From Octopus sinensis (Eukaryota), in assembly GCF_006345805.1 (NCBI RefSeq), contig NC_043000.1, forward strand, positions 83,638,001 to 83,702,000: a stretch of 64,000 bases of DNA, read 5' to 3'. Shown here piece by piece: positions 12,234-24,783 of the stretch; within the stretch, counting starts at the first letter, position 1; each line of letters begins with the position of its first letter. Both the position numbers and the translations under genes were made by a program. Below the pieces are notes generated by a model. It worked only from the letters and a program-made list of their open reading frames with translations. It was not told the DNA's origin and ran no database searches.

Positions 12234-12629
12234 GGAGTGGCTGTGTGGTAAGTAGCTTGCTTACCAACCACATGGTTCTAGGTTCAGTCCCACTGCGTGG
12301 CACCTTGGGCAAGTGTCTTCTTCTATAGCCTCGGGCCGACCAAAGCCTTGTGAGTGGATTTGGTAGACGGAAACTGAAAGAAGCCCGTTGTATATATGTA
12401 TATATGTGTGTGTGTGTGTGTATACGTTTGTGTATCTGTGTTTGTCCCCCAACATTGCTTGACAACCGATGCTGGTGTGTTATGTCCCTGTAACATTAGT
12501 GGTTCAGCAAAAGAGACCGATAGAATAAGTACTAGGCCTACAAAGAATAAGTCCAGGGGACGATTTGCTCGACTAAAGGCGGTGCTCCAGCATGGCCACA
12601 GTCAAATGACTGAAACAAGTAAAAGAGTA
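12234..12629 (+). mobile_element. tRNA-derived SINE family A, near full length
   Basis: A box tggctgtgtggt, B box ggttcagtccc, internal microsatellite, tail actgaaacaagtaaaagag. Further copies or fragments near 1935-2240+, 16575-16925-, 18690-18850-, 25980-26150+, 44960-45190+, 48235-48440-, 51920-52145-, 55975-56150+, 56505-56760-, 63690-63890-. Confidence 0.92.
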
Positions 12630-13400
12630 CATACACACCCACATGATGATGATGATGCACACACACATGCATAGTACAGGTATGGCTGAGTGGTTAAGAC
12701 ATTTGCTTTGAATGTGTGTGGTTAGAGGTTTGAAATCATTATGTGGATGTTGCTGGTTGGCATCCTATACCATAACTGCAAGATAACAAACATCTTGTGA
12801 GTACAATAGGCATACAGAACTGGAGAATCATCTTGTATGTGTGTGTGTGTGTGTATATAAGGTTCTGGGAGGGTAGAAAGATAGAGTATTTCAACCTGAG
12901 CTTTAGGCTATCTACACTGTCGGATTCCAGACTAATATTGAAATTCTTCAGGTGTAGAAAATCCAGGTTTCACAACAGTAAAACCATTGTGTGGGTTTAG
13001 CACAGACTAAAATATAATCCAAATAAGAAAATATAAAAACAGACTTTAACACATCTTTAATGACCAGTTACAATTGTTCCTGTACCAACTCTGCTTTCAT
13101 CACCAGTTCATGCTAAAGTTCCAAGTGAAAATTTATGCAATATTTGCAGTTTCAAACATTAAAGTGGCATTTCTTCAAATCTATGTCAAAGGTGTGCTCT
13201 TACTTTGTGCATGCAATCTAAATAGCAAAAACACAATGCTACAGAAAAACTGTCTAATCCATGCAAGCACTGACAAAATGGATTGACGATGATGGTGATA
13301 GTGTTGATGATGATGTCAAGAATAAGTATTGTCATATATACAGCTGAAAAATACAAAATAAAACTAAGCACCCAAAACATTGAAACTGCATGCTGCATAC

Positions 13401-13529
13401 CTGAATAGAAGAAAATCCAGACATTGTAAAGGCAGCTGCTACAAGTGGCAACTCAATTTGTAATAGGAAATCAACATAATGAGCTGTTGTTGAGTAAAGG
13501 ACAGATATCTCACTTGCTATGGGTTCAAC
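13401..13529 (-). CDS. TBC1D32: TBC1D32 exon 11 of 13 visible (exon A, phase 0-0)
   Basis: ataattcacag|VEPIASEISVLYSTTAHYVDFLLQIELPLVAAAFTMSGFSSIQ|gtatgc; human [28 protein letters not shown]. Confidence 0.95.
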
Positions 13530-13789
13530 CTGTGAATTATAGAAATGACTTTTATTTTTAGAATAAAGTATAGACATGTAGGGGTGATGTATTTTAGTAG
13601 AAATGTGATTAGAATGGAAACAATTGCTTGTTCATGGAACAATTAAAAATTGTTCTTATGGTAGAATTTCCACAAAATTTTATTTATTCTTTGCCACATC
13701 TGTATAAGATTTGTCAATACATCTGTATTGTCATTTAATAAATCATGCCCGACATTTTACTACAAAATGAGATTCATTCATTCATTCAT

Positions 13790-14130
13790 TCATTCATTTA
13801 TGCCTGCCTGTCTGCTGGAAAGTCATTATGTGTGGCAGCAGGGTTTGGCTCTTGGTCAAACCTCCAGACAAGAGAATTTGTTGTCAGAGAATTTCTACAA
13901 TTTCACCAGCTACAATTTCCCTGATTGTAACTATTGTGTTGGGTGCGGTTGAGAAAGACGCCAGCTGCTCTGCTTGAAACACTGAGGCCAAAATGGTGGC
14001 CAAGATCAGTGATGAATGTATGCACCAGATTCCAGAGTTGTTTTGAGGCCGTGGTGGAAGCTGCGGGTGGCTACTTTGAGTAAATTGTTATCTTGCAAGT
14101 TTTAAGTTTACCCTTAAATTACCAACTACC
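13790..14130 (+). mobile_element. Tc1/mariner-superfamily transposase C-terminal relic (DD37D-like)
   Basis: YVWQQ...LSENFYNFT...PDCN.CVG.AVEK...FEAVVEAAGGYFE* across indels. Confidence 0.75.
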
Positions 14131-15457
14131 TTGCAGCAAGGCCTATACATAGGTAATGCACCAGTAGTGCCTAAAGATACATTTATCCCTTAGACGGTTG
14201 CATAACCACTAACTCATAATTTTTATATATATATGTATATATGGAAAATGGAGCACTCTGTCGGTTATGATGACAAGGGTCCCAGCTGACATGATCAACA
14301 AAACAGCTTGCCCATGAAATTAACGTGCAAGTGGCTGAGCACTCCACGGACATGTGTACCCTTAACATAGTTCTCAGGGAGATTCAGTATGACAGAGTGT
14401 GACAAGGCTGGCCCTTTGAAATACAGGTACTACTCTCACACACATACACATATAGGTAGATAAATATTAGTGAGTTAATGAGTGTAGTACAGTGGAAAAT
14501 ACACATTTAGTAGGTTTACTAGGAAATACTCCAGTAACTTTGTCACATTATAAAACAACAATACCTGTATCATCAACTTACTGTGAAATAATAAGGCCTA
14601 TTTTGAATAAAATCACATTACAATTGATTTAAAATCTGAGTGAAATTTCATATTTTTCCTCTGTTACTCACTCTCCTAGTGTCTTTTGTAACTATATATC
14701 TCTTCTTATTTTATTTACCATCTTACATCACTTGCCATGTACCTAGAATCATTGCCTACTCTCTCATTTATTCTCGTTCAGTTATAGAAGCACTTTAGGT
14801 CGTTAGCCTTGCAAGTAATGAGATGATTTTCACTAGTGCTGGCACCACAAAAAGCACCCAGTATGTACTGCAAAGAGGTTGACATGAGGAAGGGAATCCT
14901 GCTGTAGAAACCATGCCACACTAGACACTGGAGCATAATAACACATTAGATCCCGTTGAACTGTTTAATCCATGTGAACATGGATGCTGGATATTAACTG
15001 CTGTTGATGATGATGATTCCTAATAACATGAACAGAGTAATCTCATAATCAGTGCCTTTTTTTAAAATACTTAATTAAAATCTACTTCCACTTCCCTGAT
15101 ATTGCTAATCCTTTTGAAAAATAAATAACCTCCTCTAAAGGTCTTAGTCTTTAAATCTACTAGAACACAGCAAAAAAAAAAAAAAAAATCCCAAAGTAAC
15201 TACAACCCCTATCATGTACTGTGGCATGTTTGAGCAGTTATGTCTAAAACTGAACAGGCTATTTGTTATGAAAGAGATGAAAAATTATGCGAAAATAATT
15301 TCCTGCCATCAGATCTTTAATTTCATGGATTGGCAGTTAAAAATATTGCATTAAGTTTATTATTTTATTTTTGCACAGTTTTATAAAAAAAAAAAAAAAA
15401 AACTAGTTGCATTTTTAAAACAGAAAGAAATATAATGAACAGAAAATGAACACTCAC

Positions 15458-15612
15458 CACCATTAGAGAATAAACTGGCCATAGAAACTTCGATATTGTT
15501 AAACGAGATATATTGGTTAATAACTTCAAAGCTTGTTCTTTATTTCCTTGAAATACGAGGTAGATGGAAGCAACAAACCAGTCAAACACTTTGAAGTTAC
15601 TTTGAAGACATT
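15458..15612 (-). CDS. TBC1D32: TBC1D32 exon 10 of 13 visible (phase 1-0)
   Basis: ttccttaaatgttaccag|KCLQSNFKVFDWFVASIYLVFQGNKEQALKLLTNISRLTISKFLWPVYSLMV|gtgagt; human [25 protein letters not shown]. Confidence 0.92.
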
Positions 15613-16055
15613 CTGGTAACATTTAAGGAATGTTTCTTTTAAGAAGGTACAAATACAATTTAGATTTAAATAGTGATGTAACCTCATGGATTTGATACAT
15701 TCCGTTTTAATTCCCCATCTGGTACACAAATAATTCTTTTCAACTGGTTTCTTTGAAATAACTAAAAGGTAAACATTGGTTTTAGCATAATAGCTTCATG
15801 TGAATATGGTTTCCATTACAGCTGTAATTACGTGATAGTTTTGTTTACATAGTCACCAGCAAACTACCTGCATACCAAAATGCGACAAAACACCACAAAG
15901 CTATCACTTGAAAGAAACAGACAAGAAAAATGTTACCTATAAATTAGTTTTCTTTGATATTCATCAAGCATAATAGTTTTCTTTCATTTTTATAGATTTC
16001 AATACTTTTGTATTCCAACTGATGTTGATATTTATAATCTTTTTTGATTTCATAG

Positions 16056-16207
16056 ATTACAAATTCTTGAAAGATGAATTACACACTGTAACTACTTCAA
16101 GCGCTGAAAAGGATATAGCTACTTACTTTTCTAAACATCTCACTCTCATAAAACTAGATTCGATGAGAAACAATGTTAATCTACTCATCAAGAAATGTCT
16201 GTTACAG
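16056..16207 (+). mobile_element. Possible hAT dimerisation-domain relic
   Basis: TVTTSSAEK..FSKHLTLIKLDSMRNNVNLL resembles the hAT motif VTTASAERSFSKLKLIK.LRS.M...L. Short, judged by eye. Confidence 0.35.
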
Positions 16208-16399
16208 GTAAATTTTACTGATATTCATGTAAATTAGGGCAAGTATTTATTTAGTGACACATTGGAATAGTGAGGTGGGATATGAAAACTAAGAGCCAGT
16301 TATTTAATACAGAAATGTGAGAAGTAAAACATTGAAAAGTCTCCCATATTCCAAGTGATTCTAAACTAAATATTTTCAAAACTCCAAGAGATTCTGTAC

Positions 16400-17080
16400 A
16401 CTAAATTCACACATCTAATTGTGTCTATACACCAGTGACACATCTAATTAGTGTGAATCCAAAACGTCACACAACTAATTAGCTATTGTATTTATACACC
16501 AAAGACTCACATGTGGCTAATGATTGTGTAGCTACAAAGTCACACACTTAATTAGTCATTTATCTTTTTATCTTTTACCTCTTTCAGACATTAGACTGCA
16601 GCCATGCTGGGGGAACACCATGAAGAATGTTTTAGTCAAATGTACCAACACCAGTACTTATATTTTTAAAAGCATGTTACTTATTGTATTGGTTTCTTTT
16701 GCTGAACTACTAAGTTATGGAGATGTAAACAAACCAACACTAGTTGTCAAGCAATGGTGGTGGGGACAGACACAAAGACATACATGACAGGATTGTTTCA
16801 GCTTCCATCTACCAAATCCATTCACAAGGCTTTGGTCAGCCTGAGACTATAGTAGAAGACACTTTCCCAACATATCCCATATTGTTGAGAAGCAAGCTTC
16901 TAACCACACAGCCATGCCTGCAACTATAATTGTGTTTATTATATATCAAACTCACACATGTAATTAGTCATTGTATTTATACACTAAAGTCACACATCTA
17001 ATTAACCATCATGTATCTACAAAGTCACACACTTCAAAGTCAAACATCCTCTTAACCCTTGTGTATCTACACCAAAAGTA
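16400..17080. repeat. Decayed ~38-bp minisatellite (cacacatctaattagtcattgtgtatctacaccaaagt), split by a SINE
   Basis: Units at 16400-16560 and 16950-17080. Confidence 0.7.
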
Positions 17081-17139
17081 GTATGGGATTAATAATCTTT
17101 CAAATCAAATCTGATTACTTAAGATTATCTCTACAGAAA

Positions 17140-17549
17140 GGTGTAGGAGTGGCTGTGTGGTAAGTAGCTTGCTTACCAACCACATGGTTGTAGGTTCAGT
17201 TCCACTACATGGCACCTTGGGCAAGTGTCTTCTACTATAGCCTCGGGCTGACCAAAGCCTTGTGAGTGGATTTGGTAGACAGAAACGGAAAGAAGCCCGT
17301 CGTATATATGAATATATATATGTATGTGTGTGTGTATGTTTGTGTGTCTGTGTTTGTCCCCCAACGTCGCTTGACAACCGATGATGGTGTGTTTATGTCC
17401 CTGTAACTTAGTGGTTCGGCAAAAGAGACCAATAGAATAAGTACTAGGCTTCCAAAGAACAAGTCCTGGGGTCAATTTGCTCGGCTAAAGGCGTTGCTCC
17501 AGCATGGCCACAGTCAAATGACTGAAACAAGTAAAAGAGTAAAAGAGTA
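17140..17549 (+). mobile_element. SINE family A copy
   Basis: Colinear with 12234-12629. Confidence 0.9.
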
Positions 17550-17766
17550 TATCTCTGCCTATTTACTTGGTTGCAAACCCCAGTCAAAATTCGAACCGAG
17601 ATCAGTGAAAAGACATGCAAGACATAAAAACATTATTAAAAATAATAATATTACTATCCAGCATGAATAAAGCACCATAAAAGGTAGAATTATAAATACA
17701 AAGCACTGATAACTTACCAGCTGCTATTTCTAACAATGATCGTACTTTGTGTACATTCGCTTTGTA

Positions 17767-17829
<63 letters not shown>

Positions 17830-17832
<3 letters not shown>

Positions 17833-18145
17833 GGCGCATGGCTCAGTAGTTAGAGCGTTGAGCTCGAACCCCGGACCGAGCTGCGTGTTGTGTTCTTGAG
17901 CAAGGCACTTATTTCATGTTGCTCCAGTTCACTCAGCTGTAGAAATGAGTTGCGACGTCACTGGTGCCAAGCTGTATCGACCTTTCTCTTTCCCTTGGAT
18001 AACACTGGTGGCGTGGAGAGGGGAGGCTGGTATGCATAGGCGACTGCTGGTCTTCCATAAAAACAACCTCGCCCGGACTTGTGTCTAGGAGGGTAACTTT
18101 CTAGGTGCAATCCTATGGTCTGTGTCGTGACCGAAGGGGGTCTCT
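17830..18145 (+). mobile_element. tRNA-derived SINE family C
   Basis: gaaggcgcatggctcagtagttagagcg head, then gtgttcttgagcaaggcac...cactcagctgtagaaatgagttgc core. Reverse copies at 25080-25410, 29040-29375, 50835-51060. Confidence 0.85.
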
Positions 18146-18536
18146 GATATATATATATATATTCAGATGAATATGGTACTTAAGTTAAAGGCACCAGAAT
18201 TTAGTATGGTATTATCCATATAATTATCACAAACTTGGATTAAAAGCAAAACAGCACATACACAGTCCTTTTTCTCAATGCCTGATTCAGACTAAATATT
18301 ACCAAATTTTAGATGCTTATTCATTTATATTTTGTATTTTGTGATTAGTAACACCACTGGTTATAGATATTCAATAGGCCAATCAAAGATTCATCAGCAT
18401 TTTCCAGTAGCACAAGCAACAAGTTAGTGCCTGAGCAATTCAGGTCAAGTGAAACCACAGGAGACCTTTGTCCAGAATACTGATTGACTGGTGATTTTCA
18501 TGGTGGCAAATACACACACACATATATATATATTCA

Positions 18537-18571
<35 letters not shown>

Positions 18572-18901
18572 AGAGGTTTGGTGGCATAAATAGAAGAAAC
18601 AGAATTCAATATGCAAAAAGAGAGTTCTACAATGAAACTCTCAGCCTTTGAGCCACTTATGTAGCTTTACAGCTAAAAAATGTGTATGTGTGTGCAAATG
18701 GTAAACTTTCACACAGTTTGTTTACCAAATTTCACCGACAGAGTTTTGGTCAGCCAAAAGCTATGGCAGAAGAAACTTTGCCAATGAGCTGTGCAGTGTG
18801 ATTGAACCCAGAATCCCAAATTTGTGAAGAGAACTTCTTAATGGCAGAACCAGGTTTGGTCATTCTCTACTTTACTAATTCTACCGATAATTAAAGGATA
18901 C

Positions 18902-19020
18902 TAAGTTTGCAATGTAGCTGCTGTTTTGCTTGTAGCAATGCTGAGACTTGATTTAAAAGCCATTCAAGATTTCCAGCATTATCGACATCCTCTGATAATA
19001 ATCCCAGACTTTCTCCATAT
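18902..19020 (-). CDS. TBC1D32: TBC1D32 exon 9 of 13 visible (phase 2-1, ends at a U12 donor)
   Basis: ttttgtttcag|YGESLGLLSEDVDNAGNLEWLLNQVSALLQAKQQLHCKL|gtatccttt; human [31 protein letters not shown]. Confidence 0.9.
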
Positions 19021-19739
19021 CTGAAACAAAACAATAAGATTAATGATAAAAAGAATTGCAGACAGCATAGAAATATATCATTACCAAATTTACCCTGTCC
19101 TTATTTGTGTCACTGAAATAAATTGCATCACATCTTTATTTGATTTATATTTGGTTCATTAAACATTGATGATGGTGGTGTTGATAAATAGAATTTGAAC
19201 ACAAATTTAATCTACGATTGGATGTAAATGTTGCTCTAGAAGCAAATCATTCATATTTTAATCTAAGTAGTCATTTCTCACCAATCATCGCTTCCAATTC
19301 ACACCACTCAGTATAGCAGTTAACGTTAATAATGTAAACTTTTGGGGATTTTGGAATATTCTTTGAAAATGGACTCTTAGAAGTTTGCTGAGAGCTGAAA
19401 ACAAATAACAATTATTCCCTTGAGAGAAAACATATTTCCAAAGTCTATGTTTCCCAATGATTTGGCTAATCTTTGTGATACTGTTTGAAAGTCTGGCATT
19501 ATTACACTATTTGTATGTGAATCATTAATTAAAATAATAAGATTTTAGAAGCTTGGTGTGCAGAATATATAAACTACACATTTTATTTCTGCTTCCAGCA
19601 TTTAATGAATATGTGTACAGAATATAGAAACTGTACACATTATATTTGTTTTCGACAATGTATTGACTTTTTTATCATTCATTAGGCCCATGTTTGAAAA
19701 GGACTGGTGTTAATTGACTGAATTAAAACTAACATATTA

Positions 19740-20130
19740 CTGGTAGGCAGCAATGAAACAAATTGACCTCAAGTTAGGAGGATTCTCAGCATTAGATAGC
19801 AAGGCAAAATTCCCGGCATAGAAATGCTCTGGAGTCTACTCCATAGTTAGATCCAGACAACTCAGATGGCTAGGGTATGTTACACAAATGGATGACAAGA
19901 GTTGTATAGAGAATTAGCAAATGAAAGGAGTATAGGACATCCAAAGCTGTGCTTTAAGGATTAATGTAGAATTACATTGAAAGAGTTCTCCATTTATGAA
20001 GAAAAATAGAAAGAGTCAGCAAAGGACCACAGCAAGTGGAGATCAGCTGTGCACAGAGGAGCCAAAGTTTTCGAAGACATCCGCATTGAACATGGGTAGG
20101 AGGCAAGACAAAATCATAAGTGTACATCAG
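19740..20130 (+). mobile_element. RTE-like LINE 3' fragment, degenerate
   Basis: RRILSIR...RSRQLRWLG...GHPKL.FKD...WRSAVHRGAKVFE pattern across frameshifts. Confidence 0.65.
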
Positions 20131-20627
20131 TGATAGACACTTCTGCCTCATTGCTCTACAATGTTGAGGCAGAAGTATGTTTAATTATCTTTGTTGTTTT
20201 TACAAGATTTGTTTAAAACAAATCTTTAAGAATAATATATGTAATTATATAGAAAATTACTAATGAACATATAATAAACTGGTTTGTTATGTAATTTATT
20301 TAGATTATTAAATAAGTAGTAGTTGAAGGCTATATAGTTATAAATTATATGTAAATATTGAGCAATGTTGAAGCAATATCTACAACAGGTATCGTCAAAA
20401 ACTATGATGCATGTGCTTAGGGTTTATCAGCTATGAAAGGCACTGTCTGGGAAGAGGTTAATTGAAGTCGGACACAAGAATTGAAGAACTTATTGTCTCA
20501 ACAATACCACTGACAAATGACAAAAAGGCCAAAGATACATAAAGCTAATTGCTGGTATTCAGAAATAATTGTGAAATAATATTATAAACGGACAGTACTG
20601 GGATGATAAAGACTGCTGTATATTTAC

Positions 20628-20682
20628 CGAATGGCTAATTTAATACCATGAAGTTGCTGTGGAGACAGATTAGGACAAAAAT
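20628..20682 (-). CDS. TBC1D32: TBC1D32 exon 8 of 13 visible (phase 1-2)
   Basis: ttctctccttacag|DFCPNLSPQQLHGIKLAIR|gtaaat; human ESLSSVQQLGIKMTVR. Confidence 0.9.
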
Positions 20683-20972
20683 CTGTAAGGAGAGAAAGAA
20701 AACATTATTGGAAAGATAATAATTATATAATAATAATAATAAGACACACAAGATGTTGAAATATCATTCATTAGATGACAATAGCACTCTTCTTTTAATT
20801 TTGACTTTAATAATAATAATTTTGACTTATTACATGGGGATATTTCACTACTGCCCCTGCCACTTCCCCTCCCCAAGCTTTCAGTTATACTTTAACATCT
20901 CTTATCCTTCACTTGCCTTAGGATGCTGGGTGTGTCTCAGCGAGTGATTGTAACAAACTTCAGATAAAAAGT

Positions 20973-21141
<169 letters not shown>

Positions 21142-24100
21142 CTTCGTTTATTAGCCACAAGGGCTTACATAAAATTACATTAAAAGACATACAATAACAT
21201 AAAATACAAAAACAGGAAAATACAACGGATTTTACAACATGTAAATATTATAAATAGCGATTAAAAATTAAACAACTGAAAACTCCCAATAGGGGAGGCA
21301 CATTAAGGACCCTGTGAAAAGACCCACAGAAGTCACGGGTGTCTGAACAGGGCAAGAGCCCTTCTCCTTTAATTTACAGGTCCACGCTCAGAATTGGTCC
21401 TTTCACACTGGCCATTCTTCCAACATTCACCTACCTTTCAACAAACTTGCTACAAGGCAACACTTCCCTATCCACCCTCAACTTCCTTTTCAAGTGAAAC
21501 TTGAAGAAGTTGATGAGGGCTTGGTCAAAGAGCAAAGTGCCCGTCTTTAGCCCTTTCAAACAGGTCCACCATACTGCCTCTTTTGCTACAGCCACTAGAC
21601 AAATAAAAATTGCTTTCCCCTCCCAGCCAAAAGAGGGCAGCAGGGCAACCTTCACAATGGATTCAGCTGATAGCTGGATTCGTCCTACATGCAACAGCAG
21701 GTGTTCGACATAAACCCACAGGACAGCAATACTCGGGCACTTGACTAGGGTGTGCAGAATGATTTCATCGTTCTGGGCGCACCCCAGACAGGCCTGGCTG
21801 ACAGCACTTCTGTGCCTGTAAAGTTTATCTCGAACAGGCAGCACCCCTCAGTAGCACTGCCAGGCAAGGGATTTCTGGAAGTTATCCATAGGCCCAGGCC
21901 CGAAAGTTCTCTGAAACAGACTGGTTAGTTGATCTTCATCGATGCACAGAATTTCTCTGAAAACATCGTCGCACTTTCCCTCCACTAGCTCTCTATAGAA
22001 CACTAGAGTAGAACTACTAATGACCACATTGCCCACTTGGCATTACCCACTTGACCGCATTGCCCACTTGGCAGAGGGCTGTGAGCACCTGATGGCATTC
22101 GAAGTGTTAAGTGCCTCTCCTCAGTCTACCCTAATTTGGGATTGCAACTCAGTCAAAGAGACGAGCTGTGGAATAGCGTGTCTTGCAAACAGTGACCACA
22201 CCTGCTCATTGTCAAGGAAATGCTGGAGATGCTGCAACCTCAGCACATGTCTGCACATCAGCAAACCCAGCCCTCCATTCAGCAGCTGTTGACAGCAGAT
22301 GGAGTGCCTGACCAGTGGAACATGCCCCTTCTGCAGAAAGCGGAAGAGTAAGTGCACCAGCTTGGTCAACCAGCAAACAGAGCAAGGGATGACAGTCAGC
22401 AGTAATAGATGATGGATGCGATGTATGTATTTGCCACCTCCGCTTGACTTTTCAGGGACAGCTTTCTCTCAGTCCCTTTCTGGGTGAGATTGGCCACCTT
22501 GCTCATCACCTTATCCCAGTTCTTCTCCACCTGGGAGTCCAAACCAAACTCCGAGCAACTTAATGGGACTGTCTGTCCAGTGCCCCACTATGCTGTTGGA
22601 TGACATGGACTTATCTCTCCAGGTGCCAGGTTGCAAGCCCACTGACTTTTCCGCATTAATTTTAGCTTCTGTCACTGCTTCATATTCCAGTAGTGTTTCA
22701 CCAATCAGATCTATATGTCTGTGGTTTGACACTATGACAGTGACGTCATCAGCATAAGCAGACACACTTCTCCCACATCCTAGATCATACGGAATACCCC
22801 CCAAAGCCTCCAAATTCCACAGTAATGGCTCAAGAGTCAGTACATAGAGAAGAGGGGAGAGAGGGTACCATTCACAGACCAAATGCAAGATGCTGAATGA
22901 CTCTGACCATTCACCCAAACAACAGAGCAGATGCCACTGTATAAAGCAGCAACCCAACTGCAGAAAACTGCACTGAAACCGGCAGCCCTAAGGACAGCTC
23001 CCAAGTATTGATGGTCAACACTATCAAAAGCTTTAGATTGATCTAAATTGATCAGAGCCCCACCCATGGCAGCTTCATTACCCACCCTCTCTATGATGTA
23101 GCGCAGAAGATGGAGGTTATTGTGAACACTCCTGGTTGGGATGTTGCAAGTTTACACCTCGCCAACCAGTTTGTCCACGACAAGCGCCAGCCTCTTGGCT
23201 AACACCTTGGCCAAAATATTCAACTCTGCATTGATCAGAGTGATGGGCCTGAAATTCTCTATAACATCCGCCTTGTTTGGGTTCTTTCTTAGTAGTACCA
23301 CTACCCCTCGACAGACAAAAGTGGAAATTCTCCCGTTTTGCTGCCAGTTGCAGTAGATGTTTGCTAAGAAACTCACAAACAAGTCTGGCATTGAAGTATA
23401 AAACTTGTAGAGCAGACCATCCAAACCTGGTAATCTACCTCTCATGCAACTTTTAATTGCTTGCTGTACTTCTGCGGCTGTTATTGACCTTCACAGCACT
23501 CCGCATTGCTTGTCGAGAGTCGTGGTAGACACCGAAGTCTGCCTATTATCCATCCCACCATTCATCCCAAACAATCGAGCGAAGTGCACTGAAAAGCCGC
23601 ACACATCTGTTTTGGCTTGAACACCATGCATCCGTTCTGGTCCACCAAAGACCGAATGGTGGCTTTATTCTCTGTTGCAAAATACACTTCCACCGTGTCG
23701 AAGCACTTTCCTCTTGTCACATAGGTTTTGTTGGTCCAAATCGGTCGGAGAGCCATTTTCAACTATTGTTGGCTGGCTCATTCTACCCTTTTCTTCTTGA
23801 TGTTTAAAACTCTGTATATTACTGATTTTCAATCCATCTCCTTGATTAATTCCTGAGGAGTGTTAAGGAAGACATTGTTTCCTTCCTTCATTAACAACTC
23901 CTTTGCATTTTGTAGTTCATTTTTTGTTAAATTCAACAACTCTTTTGTCTGCTTTGCTGCTTAGGCGAAGCCGTTGCTGCTAAATTTGCTGTTTGTGTTT
24001 GTGGTGTCAGTGTCATTCTTTTTTGTTTCTTTTCTTTCTTCCTCCTTCTCTTTTTCAGGAACAATTTCTTGGTTTGCTATATTTTCCTTGTTGTTGTGGT

Positions 24101-24425
24101 TGGTGGTGTTGGCATTGCTGCTCGTGATTGTGCTGCTTAGAGGGGGGGGAATCTTGATTGTCAGAATGTCAGAACAGCCACTGCCACTCCCCTCAACAGA
24201 AGAAGCTATCTTGTTTTATTTTTTTTGTCAAATGAAAAAATAAAATGTTTTTTAAATGGACAAAAAGTCTGAAATTCACCCCTAAAAGAGGGAAATTTTC
24301 AACAAAAGAACCCCTTATGCACACCAAAAGGGGTTCAGAAAGCATAAACCAACATACAAACAGTCAATAAACTTGAAAAAATAACAAATTTCAAACTGAC
24401 AGAGCTCAGAAAAACATGTCTTACC
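21142..24425 (-). mobile_element. Tx1/L1-clade non-LTR retrotransposon, internally deleted and frameshifted
   Basis: RT motifs LPGLDGL..FY, NFRPITLINAELNILAKVL, LDQSKAFDSVDH, YADD; C-terminal Cys/His finger CLGC...HTLVKC; AATAAA next to a (GTT)n tail; K/E/N/T-rich ORF1-like 5' part. Confidence 0.92.
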
Positions 24426-24429
24426 TTGA

Positions 24430-24558
24430 TGACAACAACAACAACAACAACAAAAATAATAACAACAACAACAACAAAAATAACAACAACAACAACAACA
24501 ATAACAACAACAACAACAAAAATAATAACAATAACGACGACGACGACAATAATAATAA
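24430..24558. repeat. (AAC/AAT/GAC)n microsatellite at the Tx1 5' end
   Basis: Seen directly. Confidence 0.95.
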
Positions 24559-24705
24559 AGACTGAGCTAAAATCTGACATAGTGGAAATATGAAACACTG
24601 ACAGCTGAGAACAAGTAATGGTAAGACACTCAGATGAAACTTAAATAGAAAGAAAAAAAATCAAATTAATACATAAATTAAAAACTGGGAATTAACTCAA
24701 CAAAC

Positions 24706-24783
24706 CTGATATTGTCTGAGATACTTCAGTTGTAGTAGATTCTAGTAGCACTAATATAGTTCGTTCTAGAAGTTGCTGGTTCA
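24706..24783 (-). CDS. TBC1D32: TBC1D32 exon 7 of 13 visible (phase 1-1)
   Basis: attattcttcag|VNQQLLERTILVLLESTTTEVSQTIS|gtttgt; phases fit both neighbours; resembles human ALIELLEKFVLHLTES. Confidence 0.8.

Larger units (their letters stand above)
15613..18901 (-). other. U12-type (minor spliceosome) GT-AG intron of TBC1D32
   Basis: 5' site GTATCCTTT (18901-18893) is the U12 consensus. Branch-like TTCCTTAAAT (15630-15621) lies about 11 nt before the AG, with no polypyrimidine tract. These boundaries join the two exons in frame. Confidence 0.9.

Noticed and set aside
12234-12310. tRNA gene calls at SINE heads (also 17830-17880)
   Set aside because: A and B boxes are present but there is no complete cloverleaf, and each is fused to a SINE body.
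16056-16207. Idea that this + exon is an inverted TBC1D32 exon (inversion or misassembly)
   Set aside because: The true homologous exon is on - at 18902-19020, and all 13 exons are colinear and in phase.
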